Below are positions 1 to 9,606 of a stretch of 53,115 nt of DNA, piece by piece (position 1 is the first letter of the stretch; every line of letters starts with the position of its first letter). The position numbers were made by a program, and so were the translations under genes. Source of the DNA: Promethearchaeota archaeon (GTDB taxonomy: Archaea > Asgardarchaeota > Lokiarchaeia > Sigyniarchaeales > SOKP01). The notes under the pieces were generated by a model. The model was not told where the DNA came from. It made no database searches and worked only from the letters and a program-made list of their open reading frames with translations. The stretch lies in assembly GCA_048939015.1 (NCBI GenBank), contig JBHLPW010000035.1:1-53115 (forward strand), read 5' to 3'.

Positions 1-443
1 ATATAACTACAATTGGTATCAACTATCTCACAAAAGAAATTGATATGGAAAAAAAGGACTTTGCTAAACTTGTTATCTGGGATATTGCTGGCCAGAAGAA
101 ATTTAAATTTCTACATAAACAATATTATGAAGGAACTCAAGGGGCTCTTGTAATTTTTGATCTTACCCAAACTCAAACTTATGAAGCACTTGAGATATGG
201 ATTTCAGAATTATTTTCATTAGTTCAAAAAAAAATACCAATTATTATAATAGGAAATAAAGTAGACTTAATAGAAGAAGTTGGGCGATCAATTAAATTCG
301 ATATAGTAAAGGAATACGCGGATAATAAAAATAGCATTTATATAGAAACATCTGCCAAAACTGGTGAAAATGTGGAAGAAGCTTTTAGAGAATTGACACA
401 CAGGATGATTGTTCGTGCTAATGATCGAATCAAGGATTTATAA
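1..443 (+). CDS. Rab-like small GTPase, 5'-truncated by the window edge
   Basis: Frame is open from base 3 (ITTIGINYLTKEIDMEKKDFAKLVIWDIAGQ), so it starts upstream of the window. Has G3 WDIAGQ, G4 NKVD, G5 ETSAK and RabF-like motifs IGINY, KLVIWD, KFKFL, YYEGT, VIFDLT. No C-terminal Cys. Confidence 0.93.
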   Translation, partial: ITTIGINYLTKEIDMEKKDFAKLVIWDIAGQKKFKFLHKQYYEGTQGALVIFDLTQTQTYEALEIWISELFSLVQKKIPIIIIGNKVDLIEEVGRSIKFDIVKEYADNKNSIYIETSAKTGENVEEAFRELTHRMIVRANDRIKDL

Positions 444-498
444 TGTATAATCAAATAAGTAAAAGAAATTTATTAAAAATAAAGAGTTGTAATAATTT

Positions 499-1266
499 AT
501 GGTAAAATATAATCATTGTAAGAATTGTAAAAAGATATATAGTACAACGACGTGGATTGGTGAAGTTCATACTTATGATGGTTTATGTCCTGCATGCAAT
601 GAATTAAAACAAGACGAAGAACTCTCTATTGAAGAAAATTTAGAATTTGAAGGTGTTGAACCAATTATAGCAGACATTGATATAACTGAATCCGCTGAGG
701 AAATAAAAGAAATTCCTGAAATGACTCAATCTTCCCAAATAGAAAATGAAAAAAGAATTCTTTCAAGTTTAGAACAAAGGGCGAATGAGGTTTTATATAG
801 TGGAGGTTCAATTGATGTGTTAATTAAAGAAATTAAAATGGGATTAGTAGATAAAGCCAAGGATAGAATTGAAGAGACTTTCCAAAGTTTTGATGTGAAT
901 AAAATTGATGCTCAAAATACTATTGGCTATGTTGAAAAGACTTTTGAATACTTAAGTGATTATAAAGACTACATGGATAATGTTGTTACAAAATTAAAGT
1001 ATAAGCCAAAAATGAACGTAAAAACTGCTATAGAGAAAGTATTTAGAGATACAATTTCAGATATGCCTAAAGATCTTGCAAAGGATATACTTAATAATAA
1101 GAAAACAATGTTAAAAATAGTTAATAACAAGGCATTAAAATGGTATGATATTTATTCAGATACCAGTGATGCTTTAGAACTCACTAAAAAAATGACCTTA
1201 CACCCTTTTAATGAAATACAAAAGAAATTAAGCACACTTCCTTTCTATTCTCAAAGAAAGACTTAG
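499..1266 (+). CDS. Hypothetical protein: N-terminal zinc finger, acidic linker, helical C-terminal region
   Basis: 255 aa; CKNC...CPAC, then an E/D/I-rich segment and a K/E-rich helical region. Confidence 0.75.
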   Translation: MVKYNHCKNCKKIYSTTTWIGEVHTYDGLCPACNELKQDEELSIEENLEFEGVEPIIADIDITESAEEIKEIPEMTQSSQIENEKRILSSLEQRANEVLYSGGSIDVLIKEIKMGLVDKAKDRIEETFQSFDVNKIDAQNTIGYVEKTFEYLSDYKDYMDNVVTKLKYKPKMNVKTAIEKVFRDTISDMPKDLAKDILNNKKTMLKIVNNKALKWYDIYSDTSDALELTKKMTLHPFNEIQKKLSTLPFYSQRKT

Positions 1267-1322
1267 AAATGTTTTTGAAATACTTTTCTACATCTTAATT
1301 TTCTTAAAAAATGTATTTTAGC

Positions 1323-1733
1323 TTAGTTATGATCCGTTTCGATACTTTGAGAATATTTTCGGAATTCTTTTTGTAATATTAAGAATTTCTTTTTGAATTT
1401 TTCAAGAAGACTGATGTTTTCTGATAATACAGAAAGGAATTTAGATCCATCTTCATATTCTTCTGTTTTAGTGATAAATTCATATTCCAATCTAGAAAAG
1501 GAATTATAAAAAATTTTAAAAAACTGGTTTACTATATTTCTCGGATTCGGATATGAAAGATCCTTCTTAGGTTGAAAACATTTAATACCGGGATTGAAAT
1601 TTTCTCGTAACTCCCCATAATACATGCATCCTAAGACATCATGCCACCTGCATTGCCTGCACATAATCGGAATAGTTTGCTTTTTTCTCATATCTTCCTC
1701 TTCGATATCTTCTCGATTAGTTTTAATCATCAT
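1323..1733 (-). CDS. Hypothetical Cys-rich (metal-binding) protein
   Basis: 136 aa; CRQC-x7-C-x15-C cluster and a coiled-coil-like tail. The start may be the internal MRKKQ. Confidence 0.6.
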   Translation of the reverse strand: MMIKTNREDIEEEDMRKKQTIPIMCRQCRWHDVLGCMYYGELRENFNPGIKCFQPKKDLSYPNPRNIVNQFFKIFYNSFSRLEYEFITKTEEYEDGSKFLSVLSENISLLEKFKKKFLILQKEFRKYSQSIETDHN

Positions 1734-1992
1734 AAAAAATTGATAATCTTTAATGTAGATAGAGAAGAAATCTCGAGAAAATATTTAAATCTTGAGAGCT
1801 ATTTAGGATATTGTCCCTTAATCTGTTCTTTTAAGGATATTCTAAACAGTTTAGGTTTTAGAACATGAATAAATTTATTGAATTTGAAAAAGGTCTGTTT
1901 TCTGTTCAATTCAAGTCAGCTATCATAGTATTTATATATATCGCCTTCTTACTTTTAGAAATAATTGTTTGAGTTTTCTCTTAATTGGGTGA

Positions 1993-3231
1993 TTTAACTT
2001 CACAACGGTTTTAGCTTATAATTTAATTGAGAGGTTTCTGTGGATTCTTGCTTTTACAGTTGGATTCTTAGGGGGCATTATTTATTTAATTAAAGGATTT
2101 AAAAAGGAACGTTTAAATGACAAATCAATATTAATTGGATTTGCAAGTTTTATTTTTTGTCAAGTAGCATTTGTTCTTACAAGCTTCTTAAGCGATTTTT
2201 TAATTCAAGGAACATATGAAGGTATCAACTTTTATGGAGATTTTCATAATATAACAAATATTGCCCTCTTTGTTGTTCTTATAAGGATTCGTGCTTTTTG
2301 GTTTACATTAGGTTCTATTTTCATTTTTTTTACATTTGAGATAATAGTAAAACGAACCAAATATTTTCTCACAATGGTATATTCTGTTATAGCATTTTTA
2401 CTATTTGTCTTACCAATTGACATAATAAATTATCTTTATCTCTATAGTGTTGCAATCGTTTCAATGTTCATAGTATATATTATTTTCTATTTATATACAA
2501 AATGGTCCCGTATTGAGTTCAAAGCTATTACTGCTTTTTTCTCTTTAGCACTTATACTTATGTTGGTTGGAAATAATTTAACTTCAAACGTTATTCGTGG
2601 ATATTTTGGTGAACTCGTTGTTCCAAGGATATTTTATCTATATATTGGTCCAATTTTAAGTTTAATGGGTTTTCTAATAATGATTGTCCCTGCAGTAGCT
2701 GATCCTGATGCTCTCAGTCGCGCATCTAAATATTGGATTATACTTGGAATTTTTATGGGAGTAGTTGCTGGATTTCAATTGCTTACCACTATTAATATTG
2801 GATTTATTGAATTAGCAATAACTTATGTTATTGGAATTATTTTCTATGTAGTTGTGGTTTATAAAATTATAAAGAATATTAGATCTGAAATTAAATCAGA
2901 AAAGCCTGATCATGATATTTTAAAAATGTTCTCAAGACCTCAAGAAATTAGTGTTAAAGATATAACTTATTCTAAGGAAAATATGGTATGTCTTGTATGC
3001 AAAACAAATATATCAAAGTTAAACTTATTTCGATGTAGAAAGTGTGCTGTCCTGTACTGTCAAAATTGTGTTGAAAAACTTGGAGATTTAGAGAATGCGT
3101 GTTGGGTTTGCAATACTCCTTTCTACAAGAAAAAGCCATCTAAACCTTTTAACATAAAAGAGCAAGAAGAGCAGAAAGAAGAAATTAAAATTACAGAAGA
3201 GTTCCAGCCAAAAAAACCAAAGAAAAACTAA
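1993..3231 (+). CDS. Multi-pass (7TM-like) membrane protein with C-terminal C4C4 RING-like zinc finger; start codon uncertain
   Basis: The ORF track starts at 2374, but the frame is open back to TGA 1990-1992, adding 127 codons with hydrophobic helices. C-terminus CLVC-x11-CRKC-x4-CQNC-x10-CWVC. Confidence 0.8.
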   Translation, partial: FNFTTVLAYNLIERFLWILAFTVGFLGGIIYLIKGFKKERLNDKSILIGFASFIFCQVAFVLTSFLSDFLIQGTYEGINFYGDFHNITNIALFVVLIRIRAFWFTLGSIFIFFTFEIIVKRTKYFLTMVYSVIAFLLFVLPIDIINYLYLYSVAIVSMFIVYIIFYLYTKWSRIEFKAITAFFSLALILMLVGNNLTSNVIRGYFGELVVPRIFYLYIGPILSLMGFLIMIVPAVADPDALSRASKYWIILGIFMGVVAGFQLLTTINIGFIELAITYVIGIIFYVVVVYKIIKNIRSEIKSEKPDHDILKMFSRPQEISVKDITYSKENMVCLVCKTNISKLNLFRCRKCAVLYCQNCVEKLGDLENACWVCNTPFYKKKPSKPFNIKEQEEQKEEIKITEEFQPKKPKKN

Positions 3232-3557
3232 TTGTCTGAAAATGCTTTTAGGTTGAATTCTTCAATTAATTCCTTAATAATGCGATCAAATCTCTTAGAT
3301 ATGTCTAGAAATTGCTTACCCCATCCACTAGACATTGATATTTCTTGTAAATCGGAGGTGGGAGCAAATAAAAGGATAAGATCACTAATTTTTGAAAAAT
3401 CTTTATCTTTTAACTTGTAAATGTGAGTATCTAATTCAAAGATAAGATCCTCTATAGAGTTAAAAGTACTGAAGATAATGTTTGTTTCTTTTGCCTTAAT
3501 AATTCTCTTAAGGTTTTCTAATATTTTGATTACAGCAGTAATTTTCTCGTATTCCAT
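3228..3557 (-). CDS. Hypothetical protein
   Basis: 109 aa; FAPTSDLQEISMSSGW segment looks conserved; co-oriented downstream of the ABC operon. Confidence 0.65.
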   Translation of the reverse strand: MEYEKITAVIKILENLKRIIKAKETNIIFSTFNSIEDLIFELDTHIYKLKDKDFSKISDLILLFAPTSDLQEISMSSGWGKQFLDISKRFDRIIKELIEEFNLKAFSDN

Positions 3558-3616
3558 AGAAGATAGTAACCAATATTTTAATTTCTAATAAAAAAAAAAA
3601 TTTTTTAAAATTATAT

Positions 3617-4396
3617 TCAAAATTCTTCCTTTTCAAAGCGCCAAAAAGCGATAACTAAGAACAATAATATTAAAGCTGCAGTAATAATTATTGGAAGAAA
3701 TGAAAAAATTTGTTCTCCTAAAATTATCGATGCAATTATAGGATTTTCCTGTTGATTAAAAAATATTGATGTAGGTAATACATATCCTGCGAAAGGGATA
3801 CTGATTAGAAATTGTTGCGTAAAATTAAAAACCATGGGTATTGCTGCTACTGCTCCAGGACTTTTTAGAAACGTTCCAAGCATTAATGTTAAGGAGATTA
3901 AAAAAATTAAATTCATCCCAAGCAATAGACCCGTTAAAATAAATGAAAAAAAGGAGAACGTTAGACCTGTCATTAATGTTATTTCGAAAAATGAGACGAT
4001 TCCGGGGATTAATGCCATTGTGATATAGATATTTAAAGAATTACCAAGCCATTTAGAAAAGATAAATACTTTACGTGATACAGGTTTAGATAGAACCCAT
4101 GCTGCCGTACCTGATTTTTTTTCCCCCACTATAGAATCTTGTAATATTAAAATAACTGCAATTGGTGGGAATAATCCATTCGTAAATCCATAAAAAAAGA
4201 TTAATAACATAGGATCACTATCTTCTCCAAGAAAGGTTATCGCAGAGATTCCATTAATTACTCCAATCCATAATAAGGTCATCCAAATCCAAGTTTTACT
4301 TTTCCACCATGCACCTAATTCTACATTCAGTAAGTTTAAAAAACCTCTCTGCCAATTCTTTTCAAGTACTTGTTCAAGATTTTCATTCGACGACAT
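3617..4396 (-). CDS. ABC-2 type transporter permease
   Basis: About six TM segments; EKKSGT...LSKPVSRKVFIFSKW motif. The GAGGAGG RBS favours ATG 4396 over 4402. Overlaps the ATPase gene. Confidence 0.9.
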   Translation of the reverse strand: MSSNENLEQVLEKNWQRGFLNLLNVELGAWWKSKTWIWMTLLWIGVINGISAITFLGEDSDPMLLIFFYGFTNGLFPPIAVILILQDSIVGEKKSGTAAWVLSKPVSRKVFIFSKWLGNSLNIYITMALIPGIVSFFEITLMTGLTFSFFSFILTGLLLGMNLIFLISLTLMLGTFLKSPGAVAAIPMVFNFTQQFLISIPFAGYVLPTSIFFNQQENPIIASIILGEQIFSFLPIIITAALILLFLVIAFWRFEKEEF

Positions 4397-5351
4397 TCTC
4401 ATCCTCCTCTAATACTTGCAGAAATATTTCTTCTAATTCATACTGTTTTAATCTAAAGTCAGTTACTTTTACCCTTTCATTCTCTAGAATTAATCGTAAT
4501 AGTTTTTCTTCAGCCAAATTATCATCAGTTACTTTAACTTGCCATTTTATTTTATTATCCTTTCTCTCTACATTAATATCGGATACCCAAGATTGAGCTG
4601 AAACATTTTTATAGGCACCTTCGGTGTCACCCTTTAGTGTTACTAAATAAATAGTACCCTCACTTCCGGCTAATAATTTTTCAATATTACCCTTAGCAAC
4701 TAAAGTTCCACGGTTTAAAATACCAACAGTGTCACTTACACGTTGAACATCATCTAAAATATGGGTTGAGTAAAAAATTGTAGAGAATTCTCTCAATTTC
4801 TCCATTAATTCAAGGATCATGTGACGCCCTAGGGGATCTAAAGAGGCAGTTGGTTCATCTAATATGAGTAAATCAGGATAATGTATCATCGCTTGAGCTA
4901 TCCCTAAACGTTGTCTTTCACCTCCAGAAAATCCTTTTATAGGACGATCTGCTTTTTTTGCTATGTCAACAAGTTCTAACATTTCAGATACTCTTTTTTC
5001 AATTTCAATTTTTGGACCATAAAAGAAGAACCGAGCAGTAAATCTTAGAACTTCTCTTGCAGTCATATATTCATGAAAACGTGGTTCTTGAGGTAAATAA
5101 CCTGTACGAGCGCGTATATTCCTATTTTCTCTTGTTACATCATAATTTAAAACGGTACCACTCCCACTTGTTGGTTTAATTAATCCTAACAAAACTTTTA
5201 TAGTAGTTGTTTTACCAGCACCGTTTGGTCCTAAAAATCCATAAATTGAATTTTTCCTGACGTGTAAGTTAAGATTTTTAAGAGCTTTCACTCCATTATA
5301 ATTCTTACATAAATCGCGGGTTTCTATTATAATTGGATCTTGTTTTAACAT
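4383..5351 (-). CDS. ABC transporter ATP-binding protein (drug/peptide exporter type)
   Basis: Walker A GPNGAGKTT, signature FSGGE, Walker B LLILDEP, H-loop STH. Confidence 0.96.
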   Translation of the reverse strand: MLKQDPIIIETRDLCKNYNGVKALKNLNLHVRKNSIYGFLGPNGAGKTTTIKVLLGLIKPTSGSGTVLNYDVTRENRNIRARTGYLPQEPRFHEYMTAREVLRFTARFFFYGPKIEIEKRVSEMLELVDIAKKADRPIKGFSGGERQRLGIAQAMIHYPDLLILDEPTASLDPLGRHMILELMEKLREFSTIFYSTHILDDVQRVSDTVGILNRGTLVAKGNIEKLLAGSEGTIYLVTLKGDTEGAYKNVSAQSWVSDINVERKDNKIKWQVKVTDDNLAEEKLLRLILENERVKVTDFRLKQYELEEIFLQVLEEDENVVE

Positions 5352-5442
5352 AGATCAAAACCTTATTAATTTAAAATTATAATTAATAAATTATTCAATT
5401 TTAGTTTTTAAATGTTGACTAAATAAGCAATATTCAAAAATT

Positions 5443-5940
5443 ATGTTTGATATCACAGGTCATTTCTGTTTTGTAATTTTTGCTCAAGGAAAATGGAAAG
5501 AGAAGTATGAGGCTAAGCTGAAAACAGAAATTAAGGAAGATTTTCTAAAATATGCCTATTGGGACCCCATGTATGATATCCCCGTAAAAATATTTGATCC
5601 TCTTGTAAAGGATGAAGATTATGATGCTTGTGATTTATGCTTAAAACTAGTCCCTCGTTTTAAGACTAAATTAGGAACAAATGAAGGATTATTGAGACTC
5701 TCTCACAAATTAATACGATTAGAGGATATTGAACGTTTATTTTTAAAGATTCTGACTGATCCTGAAGTAAAAAAAGCATATTTCCTAATGCTTGACCATA
5801 ATTCATACCTTTTAGGAATGAATATTCCAAAAATTCTCAAAAATATCAAAGAACAACAAATAAATGCAGAAAGTTTTTTCAATTTAATACAAAATGAAAA
5901 GCTAGCTTTTAATATTATCTATGAAATTAGAAAATATTAA
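5443..5940 (+). CDS. Hypothetical protein
   Basis: 165 aa ORF, no recognised motif. Confidence 0.65.
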   Translation: MFDITGHFCFVIFAQGKWKEKYEAKLKTEIKEDFLKYAYWDPMYDIPVKIFDPLVKDEDYDACDLCLKLVPRFKTKLGTNEGLLRLSHKLIRLEDIERLFLKILTDPEVKKAYFLMLDHNSYLLGMNIPKILKNIKEQQINAESFFNLIQNEKLAFNIIYEIRKY

Positions 5941-6043
5941 TCTTAGAAAGTAAAAATCCTTAAATTTACTCGTTTTAAACCTATTTTTCGAATTAGACAA
6001 AGTTTCTTTTGCCGTTTCAGCGTTGTATATTGTGTGATCAAGT

Positions 6044-6121
6044 AAGGACATAAAATGATGAAGGCAAGTAAGTGTATTTTACTTCACTTAGTTGAAATCA
6101 AGATACTTATGTCTTTAAATA
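6044..6121 (+). promoter_or_regulatory. Nested inverted repeat abutting a TATA-like box upstream of the esterase/HxlR genes
   Basis: AAGGACATAA (6044) / TTATGTCTTT (6107) and AAGTAAGTG (6066) / CACTTAGTT (6085) share a centre near 6080; TTTAAATA at 6114. Confidence 0.4.
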
Positions 6122-6219
6122 CTCAAAATGTTTATTGTAAATTAAGTTTAAAAATAAAACTTAATGTAAAAATGAAACCAAGTACAAAAAATAAATCAAA
6201 TTGAAGGTGAAAATTTAAA

Positions 6220-7134
6220 ATGGTAAGTATGTTTGCGAATATGATAATGAAGAAGATGGAAGTCCAAAAGGACTTTATTTTTGATATGAAAAATGTAAAG
6301 GAATTTAGAGAAGAATTTGATAAAATGTTTTCAAAGATGAAGCCTGCAAAAGGTATAACTCTTGAAGAAATTCAAATAGGAAATATTTCCGCAGAAAATT
6401 ATATGTTAAATTCAGATGACTCAAATTCAACCGTCATGCTATATTTGCACGGGGGAGGATATTTTAGTGGTTCCATTATATCCTACAGAAGGTTCGTATC
6501 GATATTATGCAAAAAGTTAAATCTTAATGCATACAGTATAAATTACCGACTTGCCCCAGAGGATCCATATCCCGCTGGTTTAGATGACGCTTTTTTTGTA
6601 TATAAGTGGTTGTTGGAAGAAAAATCCATTCCTGCGGAAAATGTAATTATCATGGGTGATTCTGCTGGAGGGGGATTAACTCTTGCCTTACTTCATCGAA
6701 TTGGAATACAAAATTTACCTCAACCAAAAGCAGCTATATGTTTGTCCCCCTGGACTGACTTGACCTTATCTAGTGAAACTTACAAGACAAAAGTGGAGGA
6801 AGACGTTTTTTTTAATGAAAAAAATATGGAATCTAGTGCTAAAGCTTATCTACAAACGCATTCTCCAGAAAATCCGGAAATATCGCCTATTTTTGCGGAT
6901 TTCAATGGATTTCCTCCAATATTCTTACAAGTGGGAACTAGAGAAATGTTACTCGATGATTCTTTAATTATCGCAGAAAAAATGAAAAAACAGGGAGTTT
7001 CTGTAACTGTTGATCTTTGGGAAGGAATGTTTCATGCCTTTCTCGTTTTTAGTGCAATTCCATTCATTGGAAAACTAACACCTGAATTCAGAAAAGCGTT
7101 GAAAAATGTGAGGAAATTCGTTGATAGTCTTTGA
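6220..7134 (+). CDS. Alpha/beta hydrolase, hormone-sensitive lipase (family IV) esterase
   Basis: HGGGY oxyanion motif, YRLAPE, GDSAGG nucleophile, GMFHAF; AGGTGA RBS. Confidence 0.95.
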   Translation: MVSMFANMIMKKMEVQKDFIFDMKNVKEFREEFDKMFSKMKPAKGITLEEIQIGNISAENYMLNSDDSNSTVMLYLHGGGYFSGSIISYRRFVSILCKKLNLNAYSINYRLAPEDPYPAGLDDAFFVYKWLLEEKSIPAENVIIMGDSAGGGLTLALLHRIGIQNLPQPKAAICLSPWTDLTLSSETYKTKVEEDVFFNEKNMESSAKAYLQTHSPENPEISPIFADFNGFPPIFLQVGTREMLLDDSLIIAEKMKKQGVSVTVDLWEGMFHAFLVFSAIPFIGKLTPEFRKALKNVRKFVDSL

Positions 7135-7150
7135 AAAGAGTTGAGACTTT

Positions 7151-7624
7151 ATGAAGATTGATGACTCGATAAAGGAACTTTCCATTATATGGAAAGAGAT
7201 GAATGAACAAATACCTTTAATGCGTGAAGCGGTGGTGAAGGGACTTAAAAAAGATTTCGAAACTTTTGAGCATGATGATGCTCATATACAGAAAGAGTTA
7301 CTTTTTCTCAATGATGCACTAACTTTTATGCAAAAAAAATGGACAATGGATCTTATATATATCATCAGAATTAAAGGAAAACCTTTTTTCAATGATATTC
7401 GTCGAGCTTTACCAAATATAAATTCACGTACTTTAACGGACCGCTTGAAAGAGTTTGAAGTAAATAATGTTGTAATTCGAACAGTAAGTAATACACAACC
7501 CATTCGAGTTAGTTATGAACTAACAGATTTAGGAAATGGTGTGTATGAGTTATTACTTCCATTGCTACTTTTTTTTGCTAGTGAAAAATATAAAATAGAA
7601 CAGAAAGAGGTGCATCCATTATGA
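7151..7624 (+). CDS. HxlR-family winged-helix transcriptional regulator
   Basis: KKWTMDLI...FNDIRRALPNINSRTLTDRLKEFE...PIRVSYELTDLG. Confidence 0.92.
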   Translation: MKIDDSIKELSIIWKEMNEQIPLMREAVVKGLKKDFETFEHDDAHIQKELLFLNDALTFMQKKWTMDLIYIIRIKGKPFFNDIRRALPNINSRTLTDRLKEFEVNNVVIRTVSNTQPIRVSYELTDLGNGVYELLLPLLLFFASEKYKIEQKEVHPL

Positions 7625-7810
7625 TTTTGATAATTTTGGCTCATATCTTTTCAAGTCTATTAAATTTGTTTCCGAAATTATCTTTCTACCATGGTTCGTT
7701 GATGAGTCAAATATGTCATAAAATTTTTATGGAAATTGACTTTTTTTAGAATATCATATAATCTAAGCTATTTGATTCTTGAATTAAATAAACAATTGTG
7801 ATTTAGAATT

Positions 7811-8452
7811 TTGGTTGAACACGAAATACTACTGAGACTAAAAAATGCCATTATTGAAGGATTATCAGAAGATGCAATTTATCTTGTCAAACAAGCATTA
7901 GATGCACAAGTTAAACCTAAACGTATATTAAATGAAGCAATAATCGGTGGGGCTGAAGAAGTTGGAAAAAAATATGAAGAGGGAGAATTCTTTTTGGCAG
8001 ATATGCTTTTAGCTGCTGATGCTATTAATGATTCTATGGATCTGGTTAAATCTAAATTAGCAGAAGGAACTCAACATTCACAGGGTAAATTGTTAATTGG
8101 GACTCCTGAGGGAGATTTACATGATATTGGAAAGACTCTAATTGTAGCGCTATTAAAAGGTCAAGGATTTGATGTCATCGATTTAGGTGTAGACGTTCCT
8201 CCTGAAAAATTCCTAGATATGGCAAAAAAAGAAAATCCAGATATTATAGGATTAAGCGGATTACTTACTGTATCAATATCTAAAATGACGGAAATAGTTA
8301 GTTTACTTAAAAGAGAAGGAATTAAAGCAAAAATTGTCTTAGGTGGCGGCATTTTATCGGAAGAATCATGTGAACGTATCGGTGCCGATGCTTGGACTAA
8401 AGATGGTTGGGAAGGTGTGAAATTAATTAAAGAACTAATGGGAGTTGATTAA
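7811..8452 (+). CDS. Methyltransferase-associated corrinoid (B12-binding) protein, MtaC/MttC-like
   Basis: Cap domain plus DLHDIGK, DLGVDVP, GLSGLLT and LGGG motifs; TTG start. Confidence 0.95.
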   Translation: MVEHEILLRLKNAIIEGLSEDAIYLVKQALDAQVKPKRILNEAIIGGAEEVGKKYEEGEFFLADMLLAADAINDSMDLVKSKLAEGTQHSQGKLLIGTPEGDLHDIGKTLIVALLKGQGFDVIDLGVDVPPEKFLDMAKKENPDIIGLSGLLTVSISKMTEIVSLLKREGIKAKIVLGGGILSEESCERIGADAWTKDGWEGVKLIKELMGVD

Positions 8453-9536
8453 AGTGCCACATGATTGGGAAGCATCTACCCGTAGAATACGAGCTGCTTT
8501 TGCTGGATTATCAGATATTGACCGAATACCTTTTTTTCCGCTCGCATGCGAAGAATTAATATGCCGAGTATCAGGTAAAACCCTTCGAGAGCTTCTTTCT
8601 TCACCTAAAGCTTATGCGAATGCTGCTATTGCGACATATGAATTCATAAAAGCAGATACACTTTCAATTCCAACGGCTTATGCCGGTCCTGCTGAAGCAT
8701 TGGCATTTGCAGAAGCAAATAATAAAGAAGATGTAATTAAATGGTCTGACTATAAAGTATTTATGGTTAAGCAAGGTGAAATTTGTAAATCTGAAGAAGA
8801 TATCGATAGATTAGAGATACCAGATCATAGTAAAATCTCATTATGGGATACTTGTCTCTCAGCAACTAATCTTGCTAAAGAAAAAACAAGGTTTCAACTG
8901 AGTTGTTCTCTTGGAATTTGGTCGGTAGTCCAAGAATTGAGAGGAGTACAAGCATATCGAGATATGCGTCGTAACCCTGAACTGTTATTAAAACTCTGTG
9001 AAAAAGTGTATCAATCTCAAATGGATTTGTATAACTTCTATATTGAAAAAGTGGGAGCCAGTCGAACAATTTTCTTTACTGGTTATGCGTTTAATAAACA
9101 CATGATGAGTTTTGAAAATGCTATGAAATACGAAGGACAATTTATTAAACGTTTACAGAAAGAAACAAAAGCAAGGATTATTCTCCATAATTGTGGAACT
9201 AGTCCTTATTTTGATGAAATGTGTAATGAACTAGAGTTATTGGCGGTGAATGGTTCACATCCATTAGATATTGAATATTGGGTTGAATTTAAGAAGAACC
9301 ATCCTGAGGTGACAATATTAGGAGCAAATATAGATGTAAGTAGGGAATTACTCAATGGTACTTCCCGTGATGTAGAAAATATAGTAAAAGAAAATATCAA
9401 GAAATTAGCTCCTGGAGGACGATATGCAGTAAGTCCTATTTGTTGCTTACCTTGGGGCGTCTCATTGAATAATATTATGACAATCCCAAAAGCTATAAAA
9501 AAATGGGGTACTTATCCCCTCAATTTTGAAAATTAA
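8445..9536 (+). CDS. Uroporphyrinogen decarboxylase-fold methyltransferase (MtaA/CmuA-like MT2)
   Basis: ILHNCG Zn motif, GANID, LAPGGRYAVSPICC; overlaps the corrinoid gene. Confidence 0.85.
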   Translation: MIKVPHDWEASTRRIRAAFAGLSDIDRIPFFPLACEELICRVSGKTLRELLSSPKAYANAAIATYEFIKADTLSIPTAYAGPAEALAFAEANNKEDVIKWSDYKVFMVKQGEICKSEEDIDRLEIPDHSKISLWDTCLSATNLAKEKTRFQLSCSLGIWSVVQELRGVQAYRDMRRNPELLLKLCEKVYQSQMDLYNFYIEKVGASRTIFFTGYAFNKHMMSFENAMKYEGQFIKRLQKETKARIILHNCGTSPYFDEMCNELELLAVNGSHPLDIEYWVEFKKNHPEVTILGANIDVSRELLNGTSRDVENIVKENIKKLAPGGRYAVSPICCLPWGVSLNNIMTIPKAIKKWGTYPLNFEN

Positions 9537-9539
9537 ATT

Positions 9540-9572
9540 CAGCTTAATCCTAAACTTCCGGGAATTAAGTTG
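9540..9572. terminator. Hairpin between convergent genes
   Basis: CAGCTTAATCC-N10-GGAATTAAGTTG forms about 11 bp with one bulge and one G-T pair. Confidence 0.35.
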
Positions 9573-9606
9573 AGAGACGTGTCCGGAGCAATTAGAGTTA
9601 GATAGC

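Noticed and set aside
1771-1914. Several imperfect inverted repeats in the divergent intergenic region
   Set aside because: Short and AT-rich; not distinguishable from chance without a shuffle test.
7811-9536. Pyrrolysine-dependent methylamine methyltransferase system
   Set aside because: No MtmB/MtbB/MttB-like ORF, no in-frame TAG and no pyl genes in the window.
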